Sequence record: NC_031928.1
Direction: 5' to 3' (one strand)
DNA from: Escherichia phage WG01
Length of the DNA: 64,000 bases
The translations under genes were made by a program, and so were the position numbers. Below the pieces are notes generated by a model, which was not told the DNA's origin, did no database searches, and saw only the letters and a program-made list of their open reading frames with translations. Of the stretch, positions 19,626 to 27,711 are shown one piece after another (position 1 is the stretch's first letter; every line of letters starts with the position of its first letter).

Positions 19626-21521
19626 CTATTTAAATAAATTTGCTAATTTTTCCATAGAATCTTCATACATAATTCTATCATAATTTCCAAACGAGAATCC
19701 GGTGCTATATGAATTTTCCTCTGTGATTTGCTCGGTAGCTACAACTTCACATTCCACTAAAACATATTTACCAATTGAACCCATAGGTCCCTTGGAAGCA
19801 CCGTATACTTTATTAATCTTAAGCATAACCCCACGAGGAAGAATTACTTCGGTTTCTGTAGACCAATTAGCCAAGTCACCGGGCACAATAACCTTAATTT
19901 TATCAGCACCTTTAATAATTAACCCTAGCTTAATGGTATCTCTAGCACTTCCGGTCGCACTTTTAATGGTGTCTTCAAGATTACTATCTATATCGCTAGA
20001 AAGAGCTTCAGGGTCTAAGTTGGATTGAGCATGACCCATTTCACCGAAAATATTAGGAGCCAATGAAGTTGATGCAAAAATAGGAAGATACATCACCTTA
20101 TGTTTTATAGAATTCAAAGCCATTTCGGTAGGCATTATCTGAGAACGATACACTATGGTTCCTTTAGGAAGTTTTGTACCATTTTCAAATGTAGAATCCA
20201 ACTCACCAATCATTTTTATCATTTCATCGGTGGTATCTGTTTTACCTAGCAAAAAGTTGTTTATATGGTTGTAGCCGCCACGAGTATACTTTTTGACTGC
20301 CTCTTCTTGAGGTTTGGATAAATTAGGATTATCAGATATCTTAAACAACGGTTGGATAGATTTTGTATAAACTGCTACTAAGGATTTTATTACTTCCTTG
20401 ATTTTAGATTCTCTAGCCCAAGTACCTTTAACTGAATCATCTAAAAGGGCCGCAGCGACTAGTCTAAGAATGTCTACATGAGATTTACCTGATTTTAAAG
20501 CCTCTATGACACTATTAGATTTATCTAAAGAATCTGATGCCTCTAAAGCAAACTTTATATCAGCAATTAGTTTAAGTTTGCGCTCGTCTACTTCAAATGA
20601 TGGATTAACACCGTTAAAAATATAATCCAAATATTCTGCCATTTCTTTAGAGGCGTCTTTTAATATTTTATTACTGGCTAAAGCTATTTGGCTTTCTTTA
20701 GAATCTTCAGAAGAATGAACGGAACTAGTAGCAGAATAATCTGCATAAGCTTTTTTGTGCTCTGCCGAAAATTTACTCAATCCTGTAGGCTCGGCGGTAG
20801 AATATAACGCATTTATAGCGGCCCGTTTAGAAACCTTAGTCTTGGTTATAACCATTTTATCAGAACGTGATTTTTCTATTTCGTCTATAGACTTAGCTAT
20901 AGCTTCTAATTTGGTAACATCTTCGCCTGTTTTCTTTGAAACATACACATCACCGACTTCAGATTCGACTTTAGTATACAATTCCGGATTAATATTAGGA
21001 ATACCGTTTATTGATTCTATATTTTTATTTTTACGATAGATAAAAACATATGAATGTTTGCCTGTATATTGATACAAGGCATCAAGGACCTTGAATTGCC
21101 CACCTGCTCTAGTAGCTATTAATTTGGCTAGAACTCGTTGTACAGCTTTTTCCTGACCTTTCATTTTCTTAGTAGGAAAACGGAACATAACGGCATCCAT
21201 ACGGAGCTTTTTAACTTGTTCATAAACCGTATCAAATATAGAACGAATAGCGGAAATGGGGTTACTACCTAAACCACCTTTGAGTTCTGCCGGGGCCCCT
21301 TTAGATGATAGGCTCATTAAAATAATATGAACGTATTTGTCACCCGGTTTAACTTGGCGGATTGTATCACCTTCAGAAGTATATGAAACCATGCGTGCAA
21401 CAAGGTTCTCATTACCTTCAGCCTTTATATTCCAAATCTGTGGTACTTTAAGTTTAGGGTTTAAATTGACAGCTGATAAATCTATAGCGCCGTCAAATAC
21501 CTCATTCAATTGTTCGGACAT
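19626..21521 (-). CDS. Alt-like ADP-ribosyltransferase paralog 3 (631 aa)
   Basis: Same N-terminal module; C-terminal YRSQ, FASTSL, ETEVILPRG; divergent central region. Confidence 0.85.
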   Translation of the reverse strand: MSEQLNEVFDGAIDLSAVNLNPKLKVPQIWNIKAEGNENLVARMVSYTSEGDTIRQVKPGDKYVHIILMSLSSKGAPAELKGGLGSNPISAIRSIFDTVYEQVKKLRMDAVMFRFPTKKMKGQEKAVQRVLAKLIATRAGGQFKVLDALYQYTGKHSYVFIYRKNKNIESINGIPNINPELYTKVESEVGDVYVSKKTGEDVTKLEAIAKSIDEIEKSRSDKMVITKTKVSKRAAINALYSTAEPTGLSKFSAEHKKAYADYSATSSVHSSEDSKESQIALASNKILKDASKEMAEYLDYIFNGVNPSFEVDERKLKLIADIKFALEASDSLDKSNSVIEALKSGKSHVDILRLVAAALLDDSVKGTWARESKIKEVIKSLVAVYTKSIQPLFKISDNPNLSKPQEEAVKKYTRGGYNHINNFLLGKTDTTDEMIKMIGELDSTFENGTKLPKGTIVYRSQIMPTEMALNSIKHKVMYLPIFASTSLAPNIFGEMGHAQSNLDPEALSSDIDSNLEDTIKSATGSARDTIKLGLIIKGADKIKVIVPGDLANWSTETEVILPRGVMLKINKVYGASKGPMGSIGKYVLVECEVVATEQITEENSYSTGFSFGNYDRIMYEDSMEKLANLFK

Positions 21522-21543
21522 AATAATTCCTCTTTAATAACCT

Positions 21544-21551
21544 TATTTATG
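21544..21551 (-). promoter_or_regulatory. Late-promoter-like CATAAATA upstream of Alt paralog 3
   Basis: 7/8 match to TATAAATA on minus strand, 22 nt upstream of ATG at 21521. Confidence 0.3.
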
Positions 21552-21555
21552 CCAG

Positions 21556-21573
21556 AAAAGGCCCGAAGGCCTT
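21556..21573 (-). terminator. Hairpin terminator upstream of the alt cluster
   Basis: AAAGGCC-UUCG-GGCCUUUU on minus strand. Confidence 0.55.
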
Positions 21574-21754
21574 AAAGTGGTAGCAACGTACGGTATACTT
21601 CAAATTTAGGACCCTTTTCATAGCGGTCGAAATTATCTTTAAAATCAGCGAATGCGATTTCATTTTCAAATTCAAGGACAATTTGGGACACTGCAGTGGA
21701 GACATCCCCACCTTCTTTATATCCAATAACCACGGTTTCTAAATAAGCTTTCAT
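21572..21754 (-). CDS. Hypothetical small protein (60 aa from ATG)
   Basis: ATG at 21754 sits 2 nt after the ligase stop; track ORF extends to 21796. Confidence 0.45.
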   Translation of the reverse strand: MKAYLETVVIGYKEGGDVSTAVSQIVLEFENEIAFADFKDNFDRYEKGPKFEVYRTLLPL

Positions 21755-21755
21755 A

Positions 21756-23279
21756 TTATAGTCCAGTTTGAGACCAATCACCAAATACATCTTCAAATGT
21801 ATCAGCTTCTGTTTTATCGAAACGCCAACCTTTAATGATTGGAAGGAAAATACCTACAGTATCGGTACGTCCTTTAGAATGAACCCAACCATTACATTCA
21901 CAGTCAGCAATACGTCCAATCAACTTACCTTCACGAGCTTGTTTCATAAGAAGTTCACGGTCTAAATCAGGACGGTCTTCCAATGGAATCAATACTTTTT
22001 TACCTGATTTATCTTTCTTATGGGTGGTATCTTTAAAGCCTGAACCACAGTCGCTTGTAATTCGACGACAACGTGATACCAACTCGACACCACCTAGCTT
22101 GTTAGGGTCCTTCGAGTGTTCATAATAACCCACCACTTCTAAAGCAATATCGATTACTTCTTTGAACTTGATAAGATTCTTAGAACGACGGTTTTCCCAG
22201 TAGGAGTCCATGTTCTTAAGGATAATGCCTTCCAGACCTTGGTCGACATATTTCTTATAAACGACTTTAGCTTCTTCAAGATTATTAACCCACTGGTTTT
22301 CGATAGCTTCAACACGCGTTGTACCATGCGATACGACATTATGAGCAACCATAAGTTCTAAGGCTGTAAAGCGTACATCATACTTATCGCCTTTAATTTT
22401 ACCTTCGGAATATACGACATCCAATGGGACATAATCCCATGCCTGTAATACCATACCAGCGGCTTCAGTAGCCGAAATAGTTCCTTGAAGAGCTTTGTTA
22501 GCCAAGCCATTTGACGTAGAACGATCGGCGACAGTTTGGAATTCCTTAGCCTTACTTAATTCAGGAAGTTCCTCGTCAAACATACTAAACAAATCATTAG
22601 ATGCTTTAGGTTCTACCTTAGGAGTATGGTAAACTAATTCGCCATCAATCATAACGCCATTAGGATGGCGTTGTCGAGCTTCTTCGGTCATGGCCATTAA
22701 TTCAGCCGCCAAAAGATTAAGCCCTTGATATTCGTTACCACCACGAGTAAGGAATGTCACACCATCGTTACGAACTTCGGCAAAACAACGAGCACCATCA
22801 GCTTTTAATTGAGCAAACGCTGGCCATTTAATATTTTTCTTAATCAAAGCTTCATCATAAGAACTCGCCAACATCTGCGGTTGTTCAGGGATTAAACCTT
22901 TCCAAACCTTGTTAGCAATAGAAATCGATGCACCACATTCAAGGTCGCGCATCATTACACGACGTAATACCTCGGCATCCGGGGCCTTAGCATCAGCAAT
23001 GATTTGAGCCAGTTCTTCAATAGCCGCATTACCCGTAATCTTACGTGTGGCTAATGTGAATTCAGCGAAATCAAGAAGGTCTTCAAGAGTAATCATACCA
23101 AAGGATTGAGATGTAAATCCAGGTTCTGGCCACTTTTTAATACCGTAGTTCAGACGACGGGTATAAGCCATACGATAAACACGTTTCAGAAGCTCATTGT
23201 TCTTTTCACGAGCAATAATGGCTTCTTTAGCTTTAGTAGAATCAATAGCAGCAATTTCGTTTAAAATATCTAAAATCAT
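21756..23279 (-). CDS. 30: ATP-dependent DNA ligase
   Basis: Start at MILDILNEIAAIDSTKAKEAIIAREKNNELLKRVYRMAYTR, close to remembered T4 ligase N-terminus; SD GAGGTGAT; adenylation Lys in IKKW context. Confidence 0.93.
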   Translation of the reverse strand: MILDILNEIAAIDSTKAKEAIIAREKNNELLKRVYRMAYTRRLNYGIKKWPEPGFTSQSFGMITLEDLLDFAEFTLATRKITGNAAIEELAQIIADAKAPDAEVLRRVMMRDLECGASISIANKVWKGLIPEQPQMLASSYDEALIKKNIKWPAFAQLKADGARCFAEVRNDGVTFLTRGGNEYQGLNLLAAELMAMTEEARQRHPNGVMIDGELVYHTPKVEPKASNDLFSMFDEELPELSKAKEFQTVADRSTSNGLANKALQGTISATEAAGMVLQAWDYVPLDVVYSEGKIKGDKYDVRFTALELMVAHNVVSHGTTRVEAIENQWVNNLEEAKVVYKKYVDQGLEGIILKNMDSYWENRRSKNLIKFKEVIDIALEVVGYYEHSKDPNKLGGVELVSRCRRITSDCGSGFKDTTHKKDKSGKKVLIPLEDRPDLDRELLMKQAREGKLIGRIADCECNGWVHSKGRTDTVGIFLPIIKGWRFDKTEADTFEDVFGDWSQTGL

Positions 23280-23289
23280 AATCACCTCA

Positions 23290-23601
23290 TTAGTCATGGA
23301 TTCTATTATAAGCCACATCAGCCAAAAGCAAGTCTAATCGCTTATGATAAGAGAACACAAATCTCATTCGCCCATCAGATTTGAACTTGGACATAAAGTG
23401 GACATAAATGAATCCCTGTTCGACGCATTCGCGCCAAACAGGATGGTCTTTAGCCGGATTTACATCAAATGAGTAATCATGATTCACATGACGAATAAAC
23501 TGGTTTACATGACCATAATCCATTGTAGTGGTAGGACCATAGTCTGAAATTGTATGAACTACAAACATATTAACCTCGAGCAATCCATTCAACTGCGGCA
23601 T
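23290..23601 (-). CDS. Hypothetical protein (30.1 position, 103 aa)
   Basis: ORF in conserved 30.x cluster position. Confidence 0.5.
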   Translation of the reverse strand: MPQLNGLLEVNMFVVHTISDYGPTTTMDYGHVNQFIRHVNHDYSFDVNPAKDHPVWRECVEQGFIYVHFMSKFKSDGRMRFVFSYHKRLDLLLADVAYNRIHD

Positions 23602-24208
23602 TATTACGAAGGGATTCGATTGCTGCGATATCGTCCCATGAATTAACCTTTACGGCTAAATTAGGTTTAAAGTCACGTTCACCACGAGCTAACCAATAAA
23701 CTTGGATATCCATGAGAACATTAGATGCAGCATCACAGTGGTGAGCCAAATCATCAACATAAAACTTAATACGTTTACCGTAAGTATTTTTAGCTCTTAT
23801 GAAGAGGTCTTCTTTTGATTCTGAATGACCACACATCAGAATCTCCTTGAATGCGCCAGGGAACAAAGCATTCAAATTGAATTGTCTATTCAGCAGGGCA
23901 TCAATTGAGTCGCCTAGCGCAGTCACGGCTACAAAATCGAAGTCTTTTTTGAGCCTGTTGATATGTTTTAATGCGTCCATGTAAGGAGACAGATAACGAA
24001 TAAAATCTGACTGATTATATTTCTCGATTAAACGAGCGCCTAATTCATTATCACAATTAAACAGCTCGCCTGGAGATAAGAAACGTTCGTCCTGAATCAT
24101 ATTCAAAATATGTTCTAAAGGCAAATTATATTTCTGTGCGAAATAAGGCAAGCCGGACTGCCAACTTAAACATACTCCATCGATATCTGTTAAGATAACT
24201 GGTTTCAT
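23570..24208 (-). CDS. HAD-superfamily hydrolase-like protein (possible 5'-nucleotidase), 30.2 position
   Basis: N-terminal ILTDIDGV (HAD motif I) and later YVDDL (motif IV-like). Confidence 0.55.
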   Translation of the reverse strand: MKPVILTDIDGVCLSWQSGLPYFAQKYNLPLEHILNMIQDERFLSPGELFNCDNELGARLIEKYNQSDFIRYLSPYMDALKHINRLKKDFDFVAVTALGDSIDALLNRQFNLNALFPGAFKEILMCGHSESKEDLFIRAKNTYGKRIKFYVDDLAHHCDAASNVLMDIQVYWLARGERDFKPNLAVKVNSWDDIAAIESLRNNAAVEWIARG

Positions 24209-24663
24209 AATAAATCTCTCAATTTGTTTAGGATGTCGATAAACTCTTTTTCAGTTAGTATTGTATCACATTCTGTAAGGTGGCTCGCCATCGAATGCTT
24301 TAAAACTTTGCCCTTTGTAGCTTGTAATGCGTCGCGGAATCCTTTGTTTTGGAGCGCTGCTTCAAAATAAGCATTTGTATACAACTCTTTCCATGATGCA
24401 GAGTATCTTGAAAAGGGAATTCCAAGCCAGAAAAGCGTCCCACGGTCCGCAGCTCTTGCATAAGCTCTTCCAGTTTGTTGTGCGGCCAGACCGGACATCC
24501 CAAATATACGTTTTTGTTGTTCATGATTTCTCACCTTACACCCTTGGAGGAATCCTTCGAGCCCTCCAAATTGGATACCATCCATAACGAAAGGCCATTT
24601 AGCAAAGTTACTTAATGCACACGATGGCCACGGAAAATTACTTCTGATTTCTAACTCAGACAT
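24205..24663 (-). CDS. NADAR (YbiA/DUF1768)-like protein, 30.3 position (152 aa from ATG)
   Basis: SNFAKWPFVMDGIQFGGLEGFLQGCK resembles the NADAR signature FSNF..WP...DG....E.....K; start ATG overlaps upstream stop (ATGTCTGA). Confidence 0.55.
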   Translation of the reverse strand: MSELEIRSNFPWPSCALSNFAKWPFVMDGIQFGGLEGFLQGCKVRNHEQQKRIFGMSGLAAQQTGRAYARAADRGTLFWLGIPFSRYSASWKELYTNAYFEAALQNKGFRDALQATKGKVLKHSMASHLTECDTILTEKEFIDILNKLRDLL

Positions 24664-24868
24664 CTTTGACACTGATAATCTTGGTTGCATACCACATGCC
24701 ATGGTCTGGCAATCTTTCTTTAATTGACTGCCCGCGATATGTTTTTCGCATAACAACAGTTTTAATAGCATCTTCATCGCAAGCATATGGCGGTGATAAA
24801 TCAATAACACGATAAGTCACTTCAACCAGTTCCAAGCCAAACAGCTTTTTAAATAATTTCTTAATCAT
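24656..24868 (-). CDS. Small protein (70 aa), tandem paralog A
   Basis: Paralog of 24878..25090; shared EVTYRV.DLSP and C-terminal IISVKD(V/I). Confidence 0.6.
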   Translation of the reverse strand: MIKKLFKKLFGLELVEVTYRVIDLSPPYACDEDAIKTVVMRKTYRGQSIKERLPDHGMWYATKIISVKDV

Positions 24869-24877
24869 GAAGACTCC

Positions 24878-25090
24878 TTAAATATCTTTGACACTGATAA
24901 TCTCTACATCAGCCCAATGACCATAACCAGGTAGACGGTCTTTAATAGATAATCCGCCGTCAGATTTCAGCATTTTAATTGTTTTAGTATATGGTTCATC
25001 TTGTGGATGCACAGGAGATAAATCAGTTACACGATAAGTCACTTCGACCATTTCCGTACCTAATAATTTCTGAATCAATTTCTTAAACAT
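24878..25090 (-). CDS. Small protein (70 aa), tandem paralog B
   Basis: Paralog of 24656..24868; the 3' ends share an identical 23-nt stretch. Confidence 0.6.
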   Translation of the reverse strand: MFKKLIQKLLGTEMVEVTYRVTDLSPVHPQDEPYTKTIKMLKSDGGLSIKDRLPGYGHWADVEIISVKDI

Positions 25091-25091
25091 A

Positions 25092-25286
25092 TTATCCTCG
25101 CTTTAAACATTTGATTACAGACAGTTCACCGCCCATGCGAACGTCTTCAGTTCCATCGACCCATAAGACGGTGTAGGCTTCTTTAATAGTAACATTACCT
25201 AATTTAAAAGCAGGTAGAACCTTTGAAATCATTCCAGGAATACCTACGCCTTTTAACTGGACTGTTTGCGATAAAAATAGTTGCAT
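25092..25286 (-). CDS. Hypothetical protein (64 aa)
   Basis: Tightly packed ORF in 30.x cluster. Confidence 0.45.
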   Translation of the reverse strand: MQLFLSQTVQLKGVGIPGMISKVLPAFKLGNVTIKEAYTVLWVDGTEDVRMGGELSVIKCLKRG

Positions 25287-25573
25287 TAGAACCTCATCTG
25301 AAAGCCGTGTGATTTAACATTACCACCATAGATGTCAGAGGTATTGACTTCACGGGCGACACTTGGGTCGATATTGATATCATGGTTTAGCTTAGTGATT
25401 GCTAAGGTATCACGACCATTAACAGTACGGAATTCTACTGGACATACAACATCAGCATAGGCCTTAATAGATTCACGAGTAGGTTGTTTGTCGGCAGGAA
25501 CGTCTTTACCTGCTTTAGAGAAAACAACTTCACAGAAATTTTTACGAGTATCGAAATAAGTGGTCATAAACAT
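25286..25573 (-). CDS. Hypothetical protein (about 95 aa from ATG at 25573)
   Basis: Track ORF start at 25606 lies inside an intergenic hairpin; ATG at 25573 follows SD GAGGAAAAT. Confidence 0.5.
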   Translation of the reverse strand: MFMTTYFDTRKNFCEVVFSKAGKDVPADKQPTRESIKAYADVVCPVEFRTVNGRDTLAITKLNHDINIDPSVAREVNTSDIYGGNVKSHGFQMRF

Positions 25574-25589
25574 AATATTTTCCTCAAAG

Positions 25590-25605
25590 GAGGCCGAAGC
25601 CTCCA
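25590..25605 (-). terminator. Intergenic UUCG-tetraloop hairpin
   Basis: GGAGGC-UUCG-GCCUCC; identical copy at 62970..62985. Confidence 0.45.
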
Positions 25606-25614
25606 TTTTTAAGA

Positions 25615-25980
25615 TTAGATGTCGAATTCGTTCAGAACTACATCAAAGATTGCTTCCAGGTGTTCAGGTTTAGCTCGGTTGCTCAGGATGTGACGAATCC
25701 AAGTTTTAACCAGAAGCTTACGATTAACACCGTTCCAGCAAGGATGGGTACCTAAATCACGTTGACGGAAATCATCATCTAAAGCGATTTTAAAAGTAGA
25801 ACCTTCCATTGTGATTGAAACCGTAATACCATTTTCAAAGCGCATATAAACGTAGTTAGGAGTCATGCACTGTTCGATTTCGCACACTGTACCGTTTTCG
25901 TGTTTCCACAGGCAAATAACTTCGGAAGAACCAGCGATACCGTTAGAAACATATTTACGTTCGAAGTTGATGTAGTTCAT
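25615..25980 (-). CDS. Hypothetical protein (121 aa from MNYINFERK)
   Basis: ATG at 25980 follows conserved leader GGAGAATAAAA; track ORF extends further upstream. Confidence 0.5.
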   Translation of the reverse strand: MNYINFERKYVSNGIAGSSEVICLWKHENGTVCEIEQCMTPNYVYMRFENGITVSITMEGSTFKIALDDDFRQRDLGTHPCWNGVNRKLLVKTWIRHILSNRAKPEHLEAIFDVVLNEFDI

Positions 25981-26022
25981 TTTTATTCTCCAGTTTGTTT
26001 TCGTATTATTTGGTACAGGTCT

Positions 26023-26052
26023 ATAATAACACAACCTGTACCAAAGTAAAAC
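26023..26052 (-). promoter_or_regulatory. Early-type promoter with 12-bp inverted repeat flanking the -10
   Basis: Minus TTTTAC, 17 nt, TATTAT; TTTGGTACAGGT / ACCTGTACCAAA inverted repeat at 26009..26020 and 26034..26045. Confidence 0.45.
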
Positions 26053-26054
26053 AT

Positions 26055-26387
26055 TTATTTCACGACATTCCAATTTTTCATATCAAGTTTACCAACTTTT
26101 TTCATCTGAGCAATCAGACGTTCAGCGCGTGTACGGGCATTAACATAATAGAATTCACCATTTTTGTTTTCTTCAATACGACCAGTAATTACAGTTTTCA
26201 GTTCATAAATCCAACCTGTAAAGAAGTTGTGAAGCTCGATGGTGAATGTAAAATCAGTACCCATACCTTCAGTTGTTTCAACTTCGATGATATCACCTTC
26301 AACTGCAGTCAGGACCCACATGGTTTCTTGATATTCACCGTTGAAACATTTAGCTTTAACAGATGCATTCAGATTTACAGTTTTCAT
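26055..26387 (-). CDS. Hypothetical protein (110 aa)
   Basis: ORF preceded by a leader nearly identical to that of 25615..25980. Confidence 0.55.
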   Translation of the reverse strand: MKTVNLNASVKAKCFNGEYQETMWVLTAVEGDIIEVETTEGMGTDFTFTIELHNFFTGWIYELKTVITGRIEENKNGEFYYVNARTRAERLIAQMKKVGKLDMKNWNVVK

Positions 26388-26428
26388 TTTATTCTCCAGT
26401 TTGTTTTAGTATTATTTGGTACATGTCT

Positions 26429-26457
26429 ATAGTATCACGCCTACCGGAGATGTATAC
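26429..26457 (-). promoter_or_regulatory. T4-type early promoter
   Basis: Minus GTATAC, 17 nt, TACTAT, conserved leader, SD GGAG. Confidence 0.5.
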
Positions 26458-26486
26458 CCTTTTTTTTAAAGATTTAGAAACAAAAA

Positions 26487-26508
26487 TGGGACTCCGAAGA
26501 GTCCCATA
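26487..26508 (-). terminator. Rho-independent terminator
   Basis: AUGGGACUC-UUCG-GAGUCCCAU followed by UUUUUGUUU on minus strand. Confidence 0.6.
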
Positions 26509-26510
26509 AC

Positions 26511-26672
26511 TTATGCCTGAGGCTTACCAAAGCAAGCAGCATCTGCACGCAATACTGCACGAGCACGAGCTTGAAGCTTATCAACTACCTGATTGATACG
26601 CTTGTTGGACGCACGCTTGTAACCAGCGCGTTTAGAGGTACCGTCAACTACTTTAACTTCTTTCTTAGCCAT
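26511..26672 (-). CDS. Small basic protein (53 aa), 30.9 position
   Basis: Translated by hand: MAKKEVKVVDGTSKRAGYKRASNKRINQVVDKLQARARAVLRADAACFGKPQA; not in ORF track. Confidence 0.4.
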   Translation of the reverse strand: MAKKEVKVVDGTSKRAGYKRASNKRINQVVDKLQARARAVLRADAACFGKPQA

Positions 26673-26884
26673 TTTAAATCTCTTAAATTAGGATGCAGGA
26701 CTTATTGGCGTTGCCTGCGCAAGCCCTCAAGGGGAACATAGGTTTCGGATATTTAACGACAGGATAACCATAAACCTCGTCATCATACCAACCACGACTT
26801 AGACAGATAACCTTTTTCTGACGCGTGATAGTACAAAATACATTCAAGAGGTACACCGTAAAACTGTTGGGGTCTTAAAACTAT

Positions 26885-26904
26885 AATGATTCGCAAATCA
26901 TTAA
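26885..26904 (-). terminator. AT-rich hairpin downstream of rIII
   Basis: TAATGATT-TGCG-AATCATTA followed by TAGTTTT on minus strand; weak stem. Confidence 0.3.
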
Positions 26905-26934
26905 TCAAACAGTTCGACGGCTCCTCGATTTAAC

Positions 26935-27183
26935 TTACTTCAGGGTAATAATAAAATGACGTACTGCTTTACGAGCTGCTGAAGCCAAAGGCTTAGCAAA
27001 TTTCAGTTCATCTTTATCTTCCAGTTCAGCAGCCAGAGTAGCCTGAGCAGGATTCAGATGTTTGAAATAACGCAGGATTTCCAGTGCTTCGGCTTCAACA
27101 TCAATAGATGCGCCGTAGTTTTCGTGACCGTTGTTCCAAGCGTTGCGTTGCAGTTCAAGAGCGTGATTCAATTGTTTGTTCAT
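26935..27183 (-). CDS. rIII: rIII lysis-inhibition accessory protein
   Basis: 82 aa; MNKQLNHALELQRNAWNNGHENYGASIDVEAEALEILRYFKHLNPAQ closely matches remembered T4 rIII. Confidence 0.92.
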   Translation of the reverse strand: MNKQLNHALELQRNAWNNGHENYGASIDVEAEALEILRYFKHLNPAQATLAAELEDKDELKFAKPLASAARKAVRHFIITLK

Positions 27184-27321
27184 TTTAGTTTCTCAATTCG
27201 AGATAAAGATTGGTGGACACGTTCTTCTGAATTTCACTTCCTTTCGGCAAGTCTCTCAGTTGTAGTCCACCGCTTAGGATTCTCCGGTTAACTAACTAGT
27301 CCGGCAGCCAATCCATATTAT

Positions 27322-27329
27322 TATTTATA
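27322..27329 (-). promoter_or_regulatory. Late promoter TATAAATA (minus strand) upstream of rIII
   Basis: Plus tatttata just downstream of gene 31 stop, about 140 nt upstream of rIII. Confidence 0.35.
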
Positions 27330-27653
27330 TCACTTATAAAGGCAAGGAATAGCTTTATAGTGACAGGTAACGAATTTTTGTTTAATTTCTTTAGGTTGTT
27401 TAATACCCAATGCAACCAAAGGATGAGGCACGTTAGCAATCTTACCAACAGGAAGTGGAGTCAAATCACCTACTTCACAAAAATCTTCAGGGACATCAGG
27501 TCCTACAGAATAAATTTCACAAAGTTCAGGGATTTCACCTTGATGAAGTTTGCCAATAACGATACCAGATGCAGTAGTTTCTTCATCACCAGCTTGTTTT
27601 GGTTCGGAAACGAGAATAACATATTCTCCGACCGCTTTAATAGGAAGTTCCAT
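27330..27653 (-). CDS. 31: gp31 co-chaperonin (GroES analogue)
   Basis: 107 aa; C-terminus [25 protein letters not shown] matches remembered T4 gp31. Confidence 0.93.
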   Translation of the reverse strand: MELPIKAVGEYVILVSEPKQAGDEETTASGIVIGKLHQGEIPELCEIYSVGPDVPEDFCEVGDLTPLPVGKIANVPHPLVALGIKQPKEIKQKFVTCHYKAIPCLYK

Positions 27654-27684
27654 ATTTAATCCATATTGTTTTGTTGATAGATTA

Positions 27685-27711
27685 ATAATAACACGCTATT
27701 CTTAAAGCATA
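27685..27711 (-). promoter_or_regulatory. MotA-dependent middle promoter for gene 31
   Basis: Minus TATGCTTTA (MotA box), 12 nt, TATTAT. Confidence 0.55.

Noticed and set aside
27058-27291. 77-aa plus-strand ORF across the rIII start and the rIII-31 intergenic region
   Set aside because: Opposite to the surrounding transcription direction, overlaps the rIII 5' end and leader, no SD; more likely a regulatory region.
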